A stretch of DNA of 64,000 nucleotides from Eledone cirrhosa (GCA_964016885.1 OZ024740.1:3534001-3598000), one strand, 5' to 3'. Shown: positions 1 to 14,810, counted from the first letter of the stretch. The notes: a model not told the origin generated them from the sequence alone. Made by a program: numbers and translations.

Positions 1-3000
1 GTGGACACTGGTGGAATGGTGAGTGTAAGAGTGGTGTTGTCTGACCAGTACTTGACTGGTGGACACTGGTGGAATGGTGAATGTAAGCATGGTGTTGTCT
101 GACCAATACTTGACTGGTGGACACTGGTGGAATGGTGAGTGTAAGAGTGGTTTTGTCTGACCAATACTTGACTGGTGGACACTGGTAGAATGGTGAGTAT
201 AAGAATGGTTTTGTCTGACCAATTCTTGACTAGTGCACACTGGTGGAATGGTGAGTGTAAGAGTGGTGTTATCTGATCAATATTTGACAGGTGGACACTG
301 GTAGAATGGTGAGTATAAGAGTGGTGTTGTTTGACCAATACTTGATGGGACACTGGTGGAATGGTGAGTGTAAGAGTGGTGTTGTCTGACCAATACTTGA
401 CAGGTGGACACTGGGAGAATGGTGAGTATATGAGTGGTGTTGTCTGACCAATACTTGACGGGACACTGGTGGAATGGTGAGTGTAAGAGTGGTGTTGTCT
501 GACCAATACTTGAATGGTGGACACTGGTGGAATGGTGAGTGTAAGAGTGGTGTTGTCTGACCAGTACTTGACTGGTGGACACTGGTGGAATGGTGAGTGT
601 AAGAGTGGTGTTGTCTGACCAATACTTGACTGGTGGACACTGGTGGAATGGTGAGTATAAGAGTGGTGTTGTCTGACCATTACTTGACTGGTGGACACTG
701 GTGGAATGGTGAATGTAAGCGTGGTGTTGTCTGACCAATACTTGACTGGACACTGGTGGAATGGTGAGTGTAAGAGTGGTGTTGTCTGACCAATACTTGA
801 CTGGTGGACACTGGTGGAATGGTGAGTATAAGAGTGGTGTTGTCTGACCATTACTTGACTGGTGGACACTGGTGGAATGGTGAATGTAAGCGTGGTGTCG
901 TCTGACCAATACTTGACTGGACACTGGTGGAATGGTGAATGTAAGAGTGGTGTTGTCTGACCAATACTTGACTGGTGGACACTGGTGGAATGGTGAGTGT
1001 AAGAGTGGTGTTGTCTGACCAATAATTGATGGGACACTGGTGGAATGGTGAGTGTAAGAGTGGTGTTGTCTGACCAATACTTGACTGGTGGACTCTGGTG
1101 GAATGGTGAGTGTAAGAGTGGTGTTGTCTGACCAATACTTGACTGGACACTGGTGGAATGGTGAGTGTAAGAGTGGTGTTATCTGACCAATACTTGACAG
1201 GGGGACACTGGGAGAATGGTGAGTATATGAGTGGTGTTGTCAGACCAATACTTGACGGGACACTGGTGGAATGGTGAGTGTAAGAGTGGTGTTGTCTGAC
1301 CAATACTTGACTGGTGGACACTGGTGGAATGGTGAGTGTAAGAGTGGTGTTGTGTGACCAATACTTGACTGGTGGACACTGGTGGAATGGTGAGTATAAG
1401 AGTGGTGTTGTCTGACCAGTACTTGACTGGTGGACACTGGTGGAATGGTGAGTGTAAGAGTGGTGTTGTCTGACCAGTACTTAACAGGACACTGGTGGAA
1501 TGGTGAGTGTAAGAGTGGTGTTGTCTGACCAGTACTTAACAGGACACTGGTGGAATGGTGAGTGTAAGAGTGGTGTTGTCTAACCAGTACTTGACTGGTG
1601 GACACTGGTGGAATGGTGAGTGTAAGAGTGGTTTTGTCTGACCAATACTTGACTGGTGGACACTGGTAGAATGGTGAGTATAAGAATGGTTTTGTCTGAC
1701 CAATTCTTGACTAGTGCACACTGGTGGAATGGTGAGTGTAAGAGTGGTGTTATCTGATCAATATTTGACAGGTGGACACTGGTAGAATGGTGAGTATAAG
1801 TGTGGTGTTGTCTGACCAATACTTGACAGGTGGACACTGGGAGAATTGTGAGTATAAGAGTGGTGTTGTCTGACCAATACTTGACGGGACACTGGTGGAA
1901 TGGTGAGTGTAAGAGTGGTGTTGTCTGATCAATATTTGACAGGTGGACACTGGTAGAATGGTGAGTATAAGAGTGGTGTTGTCTGACCAGTACTTGACTG
2001 GACACTGGTGGAATGGTGAGTGTAAGAGTGGTGTTGTCTGATCAATATTTGACAGGTGGTCACTGGTAGAATGGTGAGTATAAGAGTGGTGTTGTCTGAC
2101 CAATACTTGACAGGTGGACACTGGGAGAATGGTGAGTATAAGAGTGGTGTTGTTTGACCAATACTTGATGGGACACTGGTGGAATGGTGAGTGTAAGAGT
2201 GGTGTTGTCTGACCAATACTTGACAGGTGGACACTGGGAGAATGGTGAGTATATGAGTGGTGTTGTCTGACCAATACTTGACGGGACACTGGTGGAATGG
2301 CGAGTGTAAGAGTGGTGTTGTCTGACCAATACTTGAATGGTGGACACTGGTGGAATGGTGAGTGTAAGAGTGGTGTTGTCTGACCAGTACTTGACTGGTG
2401 GACACTGGTGGAATGGTGAGTGTAAGAGCGGTGTTGTCTGACCAATACTTGACTGGTGGACACTGGTGAAATGGTGAGTATAAGAGTGGTGTTGTCTGAC
2501 CATTACTTGACTGGTGGACACTGGTGGAATGGTGAATGTAAGCGTGGTGTTGTCTGACCAATACTTGACTGGACACTGGTGGAATGGTGAGTGTAAGAGT
2601 GGTGTTGTCTGACCAATACTTGACAGGGGGACACTGGGAGAATGGTGAGTATATGAGTGGTGTTGTCAGACCAATACTTGACGGGACACTGGTGGAATGG
2701 TGAGTGTAAGAGTGGTGTTGTCTGACCAATAATTGACTGGTGGACGCTGGTGGAATGGTGAGTATTAGAGTGGTGTTGTCTGACCAGTACTTGACTGGTG
2801 GACAATGGTGGAATAGTGAGTGTAAGAGTGGTGTTGTCTGACCAGTACTTGACTGGTGGACACTGGTGGAATGGTGAGTGTAAGAGTGGTGTTGTCTGAC
2901 CAGTACTTGACTGGTGGACACTGGTGGAATGGTGAATGTAAGCGTGGTGTTGTCTGACCAATACTTGACTGGTGGACACTGGTGGAATGGTGAGTGTAAG

Positions 3001-5444
3001 AGTGGTTTTGTCTGACCAATACTTGACTGGTGGACACTGGTAGAATGTTGAGTATAAGAATGGTTTTGTCTGACCAATACTTGACTAGTGCACACTCGTG
3101 GAATGGTGGGTGTAAGAGTGGTGTTATCTGATCAATATTTGACAGGTGGACACTGGTAGAATGGTGAGTATAAGAGTGGTGTTGTCTGACCAATACTTGA
3201 CAGGTGGACACTGGTAGAATGGTGAGTATAAGAGTGGTGTTGTCTGACCAATACTTGACAGGTGGACACTGGGAGAATGGTGAGTATAAGAGTGGTGTTG
3301 TCTGACCAATACTTGACGGGACACTGGTGGAATGGTGAGTGTAAGAGTGGTGTTGTCTGACCAATACTTGACAGGTGGACACTGGGAGAATGGTGAGTAT
3401 ATGAGTGGTGTTGTCTGACCAATACTTGACTGGTGGACACTGGTGGAATGGTGAGTGTAAGAGTGGTGTTGTCTGACCAGTACTTGACTGGTGGACACTG
3501 GTGGAATGGTGAGTGTAAGAGTGGTGTTGTCTGACCAATAGTTGACTGGTGGACACTGGTGGAATGGTGAGGGTGAGAGTGGTGTTGTCTGACCATTACT
3601 TGACTGGTGGACACTGGTGGAATGGTGAGTATAAGAGTGGTGTTGTCTGACCAATACTTGACTGGACACTGGTGGAATGATGAGTGTAAGAGTGGTGTTG
3701 TCTGACCAATACTTGACTGGTGGATACTGGTAGAATGGTGAGTGTAAGAGTGGTGTTGTGTGACCAATACTTGATTGGACATTGGAGGAATGGTGAGTGT
3801 AAGAGTGGTGTTGTCTGACCAATACTTGTCTGGTGGACACTGGTGGAATGGTGAGTGTAAAAGTGGAGTTGTCTGACCAATAGTTGACTGGTGGACACTG
3901 GTGGAATGGTGAGTGTAAGAGTGGTGTTGTCTGACCAATACTTGACTGGTGGACACTGCTGGAATGCTGAGTGTAAGAGTGGTCTTGTATGACCAGTACT
4001 TGACTGGTGGACACTGGTGGAATGGTGAGTGTAAGAGTGGTTTTGTCTGACAAATACTTGACTGGTGGACACTGGTGGAATGGTGAGCGTAAGAGTGGTT
4101 TTGTCTGACCAGTACTTAACTGGACACTGGTGGAATGTTGAGTGTAAGAGTGGTGTTGTCTGACCAGTACTTGACTGGTGGACACTGGTGGAATGGTGAG
4201 TGTAAGAGTGGTGTAGTCTGACCAATACTTGACTGGTGGACACTGCTGGAATGCTGAGTGTAAGAGTGGTTTTGTCTGACAAGTACTTGACTGGTGGACA
4301 CTGGTGGAATGGTGAGCGTAAAAGTGGTTTTGTCTGACCAATACTTAACTGGAGACTGGTGGAATGGTGAGTGTAAGAGTGGTGTTGTCTGACCAGTACT
4401 TGACGGGACACTGAGAGAATGGTGAGTGTAAGAGTGGTGTTGTCTGACCAGTACATAACAGGACACTGGTGGAATGGTGAGTGTAAGAGTGGTCTTGTCT
4501 GACCAGTACTTAACTGGACACTGGTAGAATGGTGAGTGTAAGAGTGGTGTTGTCTGACCAGTACTTGACTGGTGGACACTGGTGGAATGGTGAGTGTAAG
4601 AGTGGTGTTGTCTGACCAATACTTGACTGGTGGACACTGCTGGAATGCTGAGTGTAAGAGTGGTCTTGTATGACCAGTACTTGACTGGTGGACACTGGTG
4701 GAATGGTGAGTGTAAGAGTGGTGTTGTCTGACCAGTACTTGGCTGGTGGACACTGGTGGAATGGTGAGTGTAAGAGTGGTTTTGTCTGACAAATACTTGA
4801 CTGGTGGACACTGGTGGAATGGTGAGCGTAAGAGTGGTTTTGTCTGACCAGTACTTAACTGGACACTGGTGGAATGGTGAGTGTAAGAGTGGTGTTGTCT
4901 GACCAGTACTTGACTGGTGGACACTGGTGGAATGGTGAGTGTAAGAGTGGTGTTGTCTGACCAATACTTGACTGGTGGACACTGCTGGAATGCTGAGTGT
5001 AAGAGTGGTCTTGTATGACCAGTACTTGACTGGTGGACACTGGTGGAATGGTGAGTGTAAGAGTGGTGTTGTCTGACCAGTACTTGACTGGTGGACACTG
5101 GTGGAATGGTGAGTGTAAGAGTGGTTTTGTCTGACAAATACTTGACTGGTGGACACTGGTGGAATGGTGAGCGTAAGAGTGGTTTTGTCTGACCAGTACT
5201 TAACTGGACACTGGTGGAATGGTGAGTGTAAGAGTGGTGTTGTCTGACCAGTACTTGACTGGTGGACACTGGTGGAATGGTGAGTGTAAGAGTGGTGTTG
5301 TCTGACCAATACTTGACTGGTGGACACTGCTGGAATGCTGAGTGTAAGAGTGGTCTTGTATGACCAGTACTTGACTGGTGGACACTGGTGGAATGGTGAG
5401 TGTAAGAGTGGTGTCGTCTGACCTATACTTGACTGGTGGACACT
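1..5444. repeat. Tandem satellite, 58-bp unit with 55-bp variant (GTGGACACTGGTGGAATGGTGAGTGTAAGAGTGGTGTTGTCTGACCAATACTTGACTG)
   Basis: Unit restarts at 1, 59, ...; some units lack GGT; the ORFs here are periodic translations of the unit. Confidence 0.97.
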
Positions 5445-5445
5445 C

Positions 5446-6310
5446 CTTCGAAGTCGCTGCGTGATCGGTTATAGGTATGGCTTACTATAACGTTCATTTT
5501 ATGAGGGGGGGGGGGATTTCTGGAGCTAGCGTTAAGGATGTAGGAAATTCCTTGGTTAAAGCCGGCGCTTATCAAGGCCCTATTGTAGTAGTCTGCCGCT
5601 TGGTTGAAGATATCCTCATTGGCGGAGATCCTATGCGAGACGCTCTAGACTATGGAGTTGAGAGTCTGCTTAGGGTAGTTGGAGGCATAATTAATATAAG
5701 AAAGGCTCTCTCCAGGCTTATGGTATGGCTTGTATAGGCCCGTACTCATCTCCAGGGTCACGTCCAGGAAGTTGACAACCCTGTGGTTGAGGTCCATAGT
5801 TACGGATAGGCCATATGACTTGAAGAACCTGTATATATGCTTGTTAAGGTTCTCTATCTTACGGGGGCTATGGTTCCTAACGGTAAACAGGGCGTCGTCC
5901 CTATATACACCTCCTTGTAGGGCTGGTATCTCGTCCCTAAGCTTATGTAGGAGGTATATCCCGACCAGGTCAGTTGCTTGCGCTGAGTCGCTGGACCCCA
6001 TCATGACATCGAAGTTATCAGGACGGTTGGTTCTGGTCCAGTGGGAGCCTTCGAACTGGATAATGGTTCTACGCGCTGCTAGAACTATGTCTATTTCTTT
6101 TTTAGTGAGGCTAGTGTTAGATTTAGCTAATATGAGGGCCTTATTTAAGAGTATGGGGGAGATAGAGGTGTAGTAACTATCTATGTCAAACTTGATGAAC
6201 TTCAGGGTGGCTTTATCAGGCAACTTGGTGAACCAATTTATGACCTGGTCGGTGTTGCCCCAGTTATTTATGCCCTTGAGAAGCCCATCCGGGTGAAACA
6301 TACGTAGGTG
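5446..6310 (-). mobile_element. Penelope-like element (PLE) reverse transcriptase fragment, degraded
   Basis: ORF 5645..6301 has PLE RT motifs KFDIDSYYTSI, MGSSDSAQATDLVG, YRDD, VNFLDVTL, KPYHKP, YINYASNYP; the frame continues past a stop towards 5446. Confidence 0.85.
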
Positions 6311-6515
6311 CTGTTTTAAATAAACATCTTGTAACGGTCTGTTCTCATACTTCTTATTTTTCCAAGTGCTTACGCTCTGCTAATTCTCTCGCCCACTAGA
6401 TATTAACACTTCTAATATTTAACACTGCCGGCACTGGTATTGAGTACCCTGTGCATACGCTATTGGCAAATAACTACATGTATCACCTCCTTTTCTCTCT
6501 CTCGATACGTAAATA

Positions 6516-6551
<36 letters not shown>

Positions 6552-6553
<2 letters not shown>

Positions 6554-6625
6554 TTATTAAAATAACAGATTAAAGTTTAAGCAAAGAATCGCTGCTTTCA
6601 CCCATAACGGGATCTTCTGAAACTC
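6552..6625 (-). repeat. Fragment of the CAGAAGA-variant hammerhead-like mini-element family, in (TA)n
   Basis: Near-identical to 14546-14619 and 48526-48597. Confidence 0.7.
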
Positions 6626-6817
6626 ATACTCATATATATGTATATATATGCATGTATATGTATAGATATGAATGTGTATGTATATATACATATGTGTGTG
6701 TGAGAGAGAGAGAGAAAGAAAGAGTGTGTATAAATTATATATATATATATATACATACTACAACTTTATATACAGATATATATATATACACACCACATAC
6801 ATATATCACACATATAT

Positions 6818-7128
6818 TATCATCATTTCATTTTACATCTGCTTTTCCCTGCTTGCAAGGGTGGGATGGGAACTGATGGTGGCTTGATTTCTACAGATGG
6901 ATGCCCTTCCTAACACCAACCTCATTTACAGTGAGTGTTGGGCGCTTTTTTGCCGTGGCAACTCCACGTCCACTTTGCAGTCATCTCATTTCTACAGCTG
7001 AGTAAACTGGAGCAATGTGAAATAAAGTGTCTTGCTCAAGGAAACAACACATCACCCGGTCTGAGAATTGAACTCACAACCTTTCGATTGCAAGGCCAAT
7101 GCTCCAACCACTAAGCCATGTGCCTCCA
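6818..7128 (-). mobile_element. tRNA-headed SINE (family B) with RTE-type 3' tail
   Basis: Minus strand has A box TGGCTTAGTGG and B-box-like GAGTTCAATTC; tail shares GGATGCCCTTCCTAACACCAACC and the (GAT)n end with the RTE 3' UTR; other copies at 42126-42449 and 42688-42831. Confidence 0.75.
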
Positions 7129-7166
7129 TATATATATATATATATATACATACATGTATATATATA

Positions 7167-7201
<35 letters not shown>

Positions 7202-7619
7202 GTGTGTGAGCTAAAGCAATTTAAAGTGAAAATAATAAATCCCTCCCCTACCCCTCCAATCCCTCCATTCAATATTATTGAAAAGAATAAAAATTGATGA
7301 TTAACTCAGATATTCAATAAAAATCAATAAACTCTATGATATCCAAATATAGATTTTCAATGAAGAATCAACTTAAAAAAAAAATACCAACACATGATGT
7401 AATCATTAATATTTTCAACTTATTGTCATTATTATTGCTGATATTGTTGTTGTTGTTGGTATTGTTGTTGTTGTAGTTGTTAGTATTGTTGTTGTTATTG
7501 TTGTTATTGTCATTAGTATTGTTATTATTGTTGTTGTTATTAATATTATTATATTATTGTTGTTGTTATTGTTATTATTATTGGTATTTTTATTATTGTT
7601 GTTGTCATTATCATTGAAA

Positions 7620-9144
7620 TTGGAGATGATGAGGGGTGTCCCATGTGAACTTGGGATGCAGGAAATACCTATCGGCTTACGCCGATGATGTCTCTGGGGT
7701 GATGTTGAGCACCAGTCACATCCAGATGCTTGGCACTGCTCTGAAGGAATACGAAGCGGTGACAGGAGCAAAGATAAACCAGGAAAAGCATTGGGCTTGC
7801 TGGATGGAAGGACTGGTTAAATTACTTGGGGTCTGGTTTGGTCCGGACCTCCAGATGGGAAAAAAACTGGAGCGAGGAGATGAGCAGGGTGGCTTCTCTC
7901 ACCCAGAAATGGGCCGAGAAGAAGCTGTCTCTGAAAGGTCAGGCGGAGGTGGTGAAGGCTTACATTGCATCTGCCATCTGCTACCATCTGACCATCATAC
8001 CTTGCCCCTGCCCAACACTAACCAAAATGGCACACCTCCTCTTCTGCTTTTTATGGAAGAGGCATGCTCCCATGGTTAGATGATCTATCTGCTGTCAGCA
8101 CCAGTTGCGTTGAAGCTGTGACATCTCTGGTGCTTCCTTGATGGTGAACAGGTGTGGTCGCCGTTTGCCAGATGCACTTTTTCCCCAGCTCGTCTCATTA
8201 ACAGAGCTGCAGTCCAGGATCAGAAGTCCGAGGAATTGTGCTTGAAAGCTAGAATGTCTCCAAGCGCTCACCGCTCTCTACCAGCTGGGCACTAGTATCA
8301 GTGGAACATCCACCTCGGTGTTCTATAGAGGATTAGTGGAGGGGAAGAGCGACAACATTCTCAAGGAAACCCTGAGCATCGAAGATGATCAGCTGTTTGC
8401 TCTTTTCAAGAGAACTTTCAGCCCAGGGTCTATGGACAACTTCTAAAAAACCCTGGCCTAGCAGTGTTACTGGGGAGCGTTGCCGGTTCGAGATAAGTTC
8501 TACAGGCACGGAAGTGCTGTCAGCCGAGCCTGTCCGACATGTGCGAAGGGCGACAAAACCATCATGCATGCACTAATTCCGTGCCCGAGCATTGGTGACT
8601 TGTGGGGCTATGTCGAACAGTTGCTGTCACATGTAGGACAGATCCGGTTATCGACTGAGTCGATTGTGCAGATAGCCCTGCTGTCTTCCTGAGGAGGAGG
8701 AAAAGCAGGCAGTTTTGATCTGCCTGGTGGCCATGGCAAAAGAGATTGTGTGGCGGACAAGGTTGAAAGGATTGAAGACAGACACTTTCCTCTTTGGCGA
8801 ATCCCTGGAGAGGCAAGTGCTCTCTTCTAGTAACTTTGTTGAACGGGCCCGCTCTGAGTATGTGCCTGTAGACTGAGGAGTGGAAGAACTGAGAGAGGGC
8901 GCTTGCCCTGGTGGTCAGGGTCCCCGTGGTCTTTTGTGTGGTTTTCACCACGAGTGACCCTCGGAAGTTTCCCCCTATTGGGGAATTTTTGTTGTTTGAA
9001 TTTTTTAATTTATTTCCACACATTTCTATGTTTTTTGTTATAACCTTTTTTACATGACCAAAACCCACTTTGTATCATCCTGCACCATTCTGTGCTGCCT
9101 GTAATGTTTTTCTTCATGTTGCTCCTTGTGGCCAATAAAGAAAC
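7620..9144 (+). mobile_element. Degenerate 5'-truncated Tx1/L1-clade LINE (relative of the 37181-40675 element)
   Basis: Broken frames SAYADDV, VKLLGVWFGPDLQ, KLSLKGQAEV, CPTC..TIMHALIPC match ORF 37627..40410; ends GGCCAATAAAGAAAC in a (TTA/TTG)n tract. Confidence 0.88.
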
Positions 9145-9224
9145 CATTATTGTTGTCATTGTTATTATTATTGTTGTTGTTGTTATTATTATTATTGTTG
9201 TTGTTGTTGTAATTATTATATATA

Positions 9225-9855
9225 CTAGCAGAAAATCTACCCTTCGGGTGGTGTTTCTGCTAGCATGTATAGTGTGCATATTGATATTATACACAAGTAT
9301 ATATACATGTAGATATGATACATCAAATAACATCGTAATTGACAATATACACAGAAATTGAACGAAGACTGTGTTACACTGTCTTATGTAAACAGTAAAG
9401 TAATCCATGATACATTAAAAAAAGACGATATTATATATAAACTGCATTAGGTGAAAATTAGCAACAGAAATATATGCAATGTTTTTATAAGTGTTATAAT
9501 ATAACGGGCGCTAACCGGAAGTGTTGACATTTGAAAATTTTAAAGAAGTGAATTATTTATATTTAATCAAGAGTTACGAAATTTAGTAGATAAATTATGT
9601 AATATTCATTCATTGTCGGACGCCATGCTTTCCAGCATAGTTACGTCCCTTTACGATCTGAGTTCAAATCCCGCCGAGGTTGACTTTACCTTTCATCCTT
9701 ACGGGGTCGATAAAATAAAGTACCAGTAATTGCTGGCCTTGTGCCTAAAGTAGAAACAATTATTTCTTCAAAGTAATCCAACTTATTTTACAAACGGGGT
9801 AAAAAAAATATATTCTGGACGCAGTCCCATACTCCTTTCTTTATTATAGTTAAGA
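9225..9855 (-). mobile_element. Non-autonomous Helitron-like element
   Basis: Minus strand starts A|TCTTAACTATAATAAAG and ends with hairpin CACCCGAAGGGTA about 10 nt before CTAG|T; no TSD. Confidence 0.6.
9615..9762 (+). mobile_element. SINE family A, 5'-truncated, nested in the Helitron-like element
   Basis: Matches 24968-25150 (GAGTTCAAATCC B box, GACTTTGCCTTTCATCCTT core). Confidence 0.8.
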
Positions 9856-9856
9856 T

Positions 9857-10262
9857 TGGATTGGCAGAATTATTAGAACACAAGACATTGCAGCATTTGT
9901 TCTGTCACTTTACATTCCTAGTCTGAATCCTCCCGACATCAACTTTGCCTTTGATCCTTCCAGGTTCCATTAAATAAAGTCGATATAATAAAACTTCCCC
10001 TCCTCCAAATTGTTGGCCTTGTGCCTATATTAGAACCATTATTACTACTACTACTATTGTTATTATTATCAATGGCAGTAGATTGGCAGTATCGGTAGAG
10101 GGTTGGATGCCATGCTTTGCAGCAAAGAGTTACGGCCCTTTATGGTCTGAGTTCAAATCCCATCGAAGTTCACTTTGCCTTTCATCCTTACGGGATCGAT
10201 AAAATAAAGTACCAGTAATGCATTGGGATAATTGCTGGCCTTGCGCCTAAAGTAGAAACAAT
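9857..10262 (+). mobile_element. Two tandem SINE family A copies (about 9857-10040 and 10072-10262)
   Basis: TGGCAGTATCGGTAG A-box-like head, B box, shared core and TTGTGCCTAAAGTAGAAAC tail. Confidence 0.8.
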
Positions 10263-10937
10263 TATTATTATTATCAATGTTACTATTATTCAGTAGATTT
10301 ACCATTATTGTGGGTGTAACCCATGCTAGCGTGGAAGATAGACATTAAATGATGATGATGATGATAATGATGTGTACTTTCATTGCATGATTGAGCACAG
10401 CTCAGAGTTCCTTGGGTTCTTGCTGCATTGTTTGTGGTGGTGGTGGGATTCCATTTGTATTGAAAGTACCTCAGTTTCCCTATGTAATATCTATGTAATG
10501 GCTAGCAATGTAATTTTATGTAAAAACAAAAAAAGAGTTGATCATCAGATTGAACCAAGAAACCAATATTTCCATTGGTATTGCCATTGTTAATATTATC
10601 TGCTTGTCGTAACTCCAGATAGGAGGAGGCAGAATTCTATTACCAGCTCATTAACAATTCTATTAATCCATTAATCCATCACACCTGGACAGGTATGTTT
10701 TCATCCACCCTGAAAGGATGGAAGGCCAGGTTGATGTAGTTAGCTGAAGCATATAATTGAATACCCTAATGACTGTGCCAATTTTTAAGATTACTATTTG
10801 TATTAATGCTGCAGTTTCTACAATACTTCAACTATGAATCTACTCTCAACTAATAATGGACTGACGTTATTGCTGAGATAACTTCTAGTATCACTCCTCA
10901 AACTGAATTATTGCTTTATGCCATAATAATAATGAAA

Positions 10938-11540
10938 ATGAAAATTATTGTCAACAGTGCTCAGGTGCACTACAACTCATCAAAGGTGCATGTATAGTAC
11001 CTAGAATAATGTACAAATGTCAGGGAAGTGAACAGTGTATAAGTCATGATATACACACACAGATATATGTGTGCATGTGTAGGGAGGAGGAATAACAGGT
11101 GTAGTGTTGGCGAATTTCAGGAAGCATGGAGGTTTTAAAGAATGCAGTGTCTTGACAGCTAACAACTGATGCAAGTAGTTTGTTCCATGCTTCAGCAACT
11201 CTGAGCGTGAAAAAAATGTTTCTGAAAGTCATGGGAGCTGTGCTGTTTTCTGATTTTGTAGGCATGTCCACGGGTGTTAGACAGATGGAATTCAAAAAGG
11301 TGCTCAGGGTTGTTGTTGGAAAGATGGTTAATAGTTTTATGGGTGTTTACCAAGTCAGTTGCCAGATGTCGGAGCTTTAATGTATCCATGCCCAGGGAAG
11401 CGTGGCATTCAGAGTATGGTAGAGGCCTGAAGGAGGGTATTTGCTTGGATGCAGCTCTCTGAACAGTCTCCAGGAGGTCAATATTCTGAGCAAGATAGGG
11501 GTTCCAGACTGGTGATGCAAATTCTAACTGTGATAGCATA
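10938..11540 (-). mobile_element. CR1-clade LINE 3' fragment
   Basis: LEFASPVWNPY..LETVQRAA..TRGHAYKI..KHFF C-terminal motifs; terminal stem-loop GTAGTGCACCTGAGCACTG also seen at about 36028-36065. Confidence 0.8.
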
Positions 11541-11778
11541 TGTCTCGGAAAATATTTCTTCCACTTGTGATCAAACTAGCTGTTCTTGTGCCATCAATGG
11601 CAATTTCTTCACAAGACTACATTGAACTAGCTGAACCCAATTTTTATGAAATAGGAAATTTAGGCAGCTAGAAATTTTATAAATATTCTTAGAGGATCCT
11701 CTGTCAGTTGTGGTTATTAGACAATACATTAGATCTCCAGGTAAGAGATTGCTGTAGATTCTGGAACTGTTCAGTTAG

Positions 11779-12069
11779 GCAAACTCTACTGTTCCTTGTT
11801 TCATTAAAGTATGAGATTCTCTAATGAACTATGTTCTATGGTATTGTAAGAGAGAAGGAAAGAGAGCAATATATATATATATATATATATTGCTCTCTTT
11901 CCTTCTCTTTTTCCACTAGCTCTCTATGTATCTTACAAGTGATATGGTGATATGTCATCATCATCATCATCACAACCATATTGATTTCCATGTCTCTCTT
12001 ACAATACCATAGAACATACTTCATTAGAGAATCCCATACTTTAATGAAACAAGGAACAGTAGAGTTTGC
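11779..12069. repeat. Imperfect inverted repeat (about 75-bp arms, 11779-11855 / 11993-12069)
   Basis: GCAAACTCTACTGTTCC...GTAAGAGAG and its reverse complement, with a few mismatches. Confidence 0.85.
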
Positions 12070-12070
12070 T

Positions 12071-13140
<1,070 letters not shown>

Positions 13141-13167
<27 letters not shown>

Positions 13168-13206
13168 GTTTGCCTTGGTGGCCCTTGAAATATGTATAAT
13201 GAAATA
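13141..13206 (+). ncRNA. Minimal type I hammerhead ribozyme
   Basis: tattttat CTGATGA aaacgcacca..tggtggccctt GAAAT atgt ATA atgaaata. Confidence 0.75.
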
Positions 13207-13310
13207 AATATGGTTTTATAAATATAGTTTCCATTTGTTAATATATTGTATATATATATATATATATACACTATATTAACAAATGGAAACTATATTTATA
13301 AAACCATAAT

Positions 13311-13375
13311 TATTTTATTATATATATTACAAGGTCAACCAAGGCAATTTTGGTTCGCTTTCATCAGATAAAATA
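13311..13375 (-). ncRNA. Hammerhead ribozyme, mutated core (GAAA to GTAA)
   Basis: Minus: tattttat CTGATGA aagcgaaccaa..ttggttgacctt GTAAT atat ATA ataaaata. Confidence 0.6.
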
Positions 13376-13446
13376 CAAGCTAGCGAACCTTCAACCGTCA
13401 AGGTTGTTTTTCTACGGGTATATCAACATTTATAAAACATATTTTG

Positions 13447-13511
13447 TATTTTATCTGATGAAAGCGCACCAAAACTACCTTGGTTGCCCTTGAAATATAT
13501 ATAATAAAATA
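13447..13511 (+). ncRNA. Minimal type I hammerhead ribozyme
   Basis: tattttat CTGATGA aagcgcaccaa-aactacc-ttggttgccctt GAAAT atat ATA ataaaata; perfect 8-bp stem I. Confidence 0.8.
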
Positions 13512-13744
13512 ATTATGGTTTTATAAATATAGTTTCCATTTATTAATATATTGAATATTTACTCCAGTTTTTTCTGTTGAGTGCTTTATATCAGTTATAA
13601 AACTTTTAAGCTTGTTCAATCCCAACAAATTAAATATAACTTCTGCATATATATATATATATAACAAAGGAATTGTGGTAAGGAACCAGATGGACCATAA
13701 CGCACCAGAGTACTCAATACTTAGGGTAGGAGAGTGGGAAATAG

Positions 13745-13838
13745 GAAAAAGTATGACCCCGACGGCTATTTCTGGACTAGTAGTCCAGAAATAGCCATCG
13801 AAACGGCTTGAGCTCTGCCGTCGGGGTCATACTTTTTC
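13745..13838. repeat. Fold-back hairpin derived from a hammerhead element (CUGAUGA box lost)
   Basis: gaaaaagtatgaccccgacggc / gccgtcggggtcatactttttc arms; retains long stem II and GAAAC-ggc..gcc-GTC. Confidence 0.65.
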
Positions 13839-14311
13839 ATATATATATATATATATATGGAAAGAAAATAAAAGAGAAAGAGACAAAAAGTAAATAGTAA
13901 GAGAATGATATTGAGAGAGAGAGTGAGAGAAAGAAAATTTATAGAAAGAGAGTGACATTGAGAGAGAGAGTGAGAGAGAAGAAAGAGAGTAAAAGAGAGA
14001 GAAAGAAAGAGAGTGTGTGAGAGAGAAAGAGTGAGAGAGCGAGTGGAGGGGGAGATAAAAAAGCTAGCTGATGTGAACATTTCTAGATGTTGAAATTAAG
14101 GTTGTATTCTCCAACTTTCACTATTAGCAACAATATGAAATATATCCACATCATTATAGCGTTGTTGTTGTCACTCTTGTAGCCTTTCTGCTGGTTTTAG
14201 CTTACACACATACACACACATGTATATATATGTGTGTGTGTATATATATATATATGTATGTGTGTGTGCATATATAACTATGTATGTTTGTATATATATA
14301 TATATATGCGC

Positions 14312-14344
<33 letters not shown>

Positions 14345-14543
14345 TATGTATGTATATGTATATATATATATATATGCATATATATATATATGTATATGTA
14401 TATATATATATGTGCATATATATATATATATATATATATACATACATATATATGTATATATATATATGTGCATATATATATATATATACATATATATGTA
14501 TGTAGATGTATATATATATGTGCATATATACATATATATATAT

Positions 14544-14688
14544 ATATTTATTAAAATAACAGATTAAAGTTTAAGCAAAGAATCGCTGCTGTCACCCTTA
14601 ACGGGATCTTCTGAAACTCAGAAGATCCCGTTAAGGGTGAAAGCAGCGATTCTTTGCTTAAACTTTAATCTGTTATTTTAATAAATAT
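14544..14688. repeat. Near-perfect 70-bp-arm palindrome of the CAGAAGA hammerhead-like element
   Basis: Arms 14544-14613 and 14619-14688; right arm reads CAGAAGA tccc-gttaa-gggt GAAA; tail continues to about 14770. Confidence 0.85.
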
Positions 14689-14767
14689 TTGCTCTACGGT
14701 TCTTATATATTTGATATATATTTATCCTTATCGAACCCTGTTTGGATTTTAGTCTTCAAATTATTAT

Positions 14768-14810
<43 letters not shown>

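Noticed and set aside
269-5385. Long His/Ser/Thr-rich ORFs
   Set aside because: Stop-poor translations of the 58-bp satellite in all minus-strand frames
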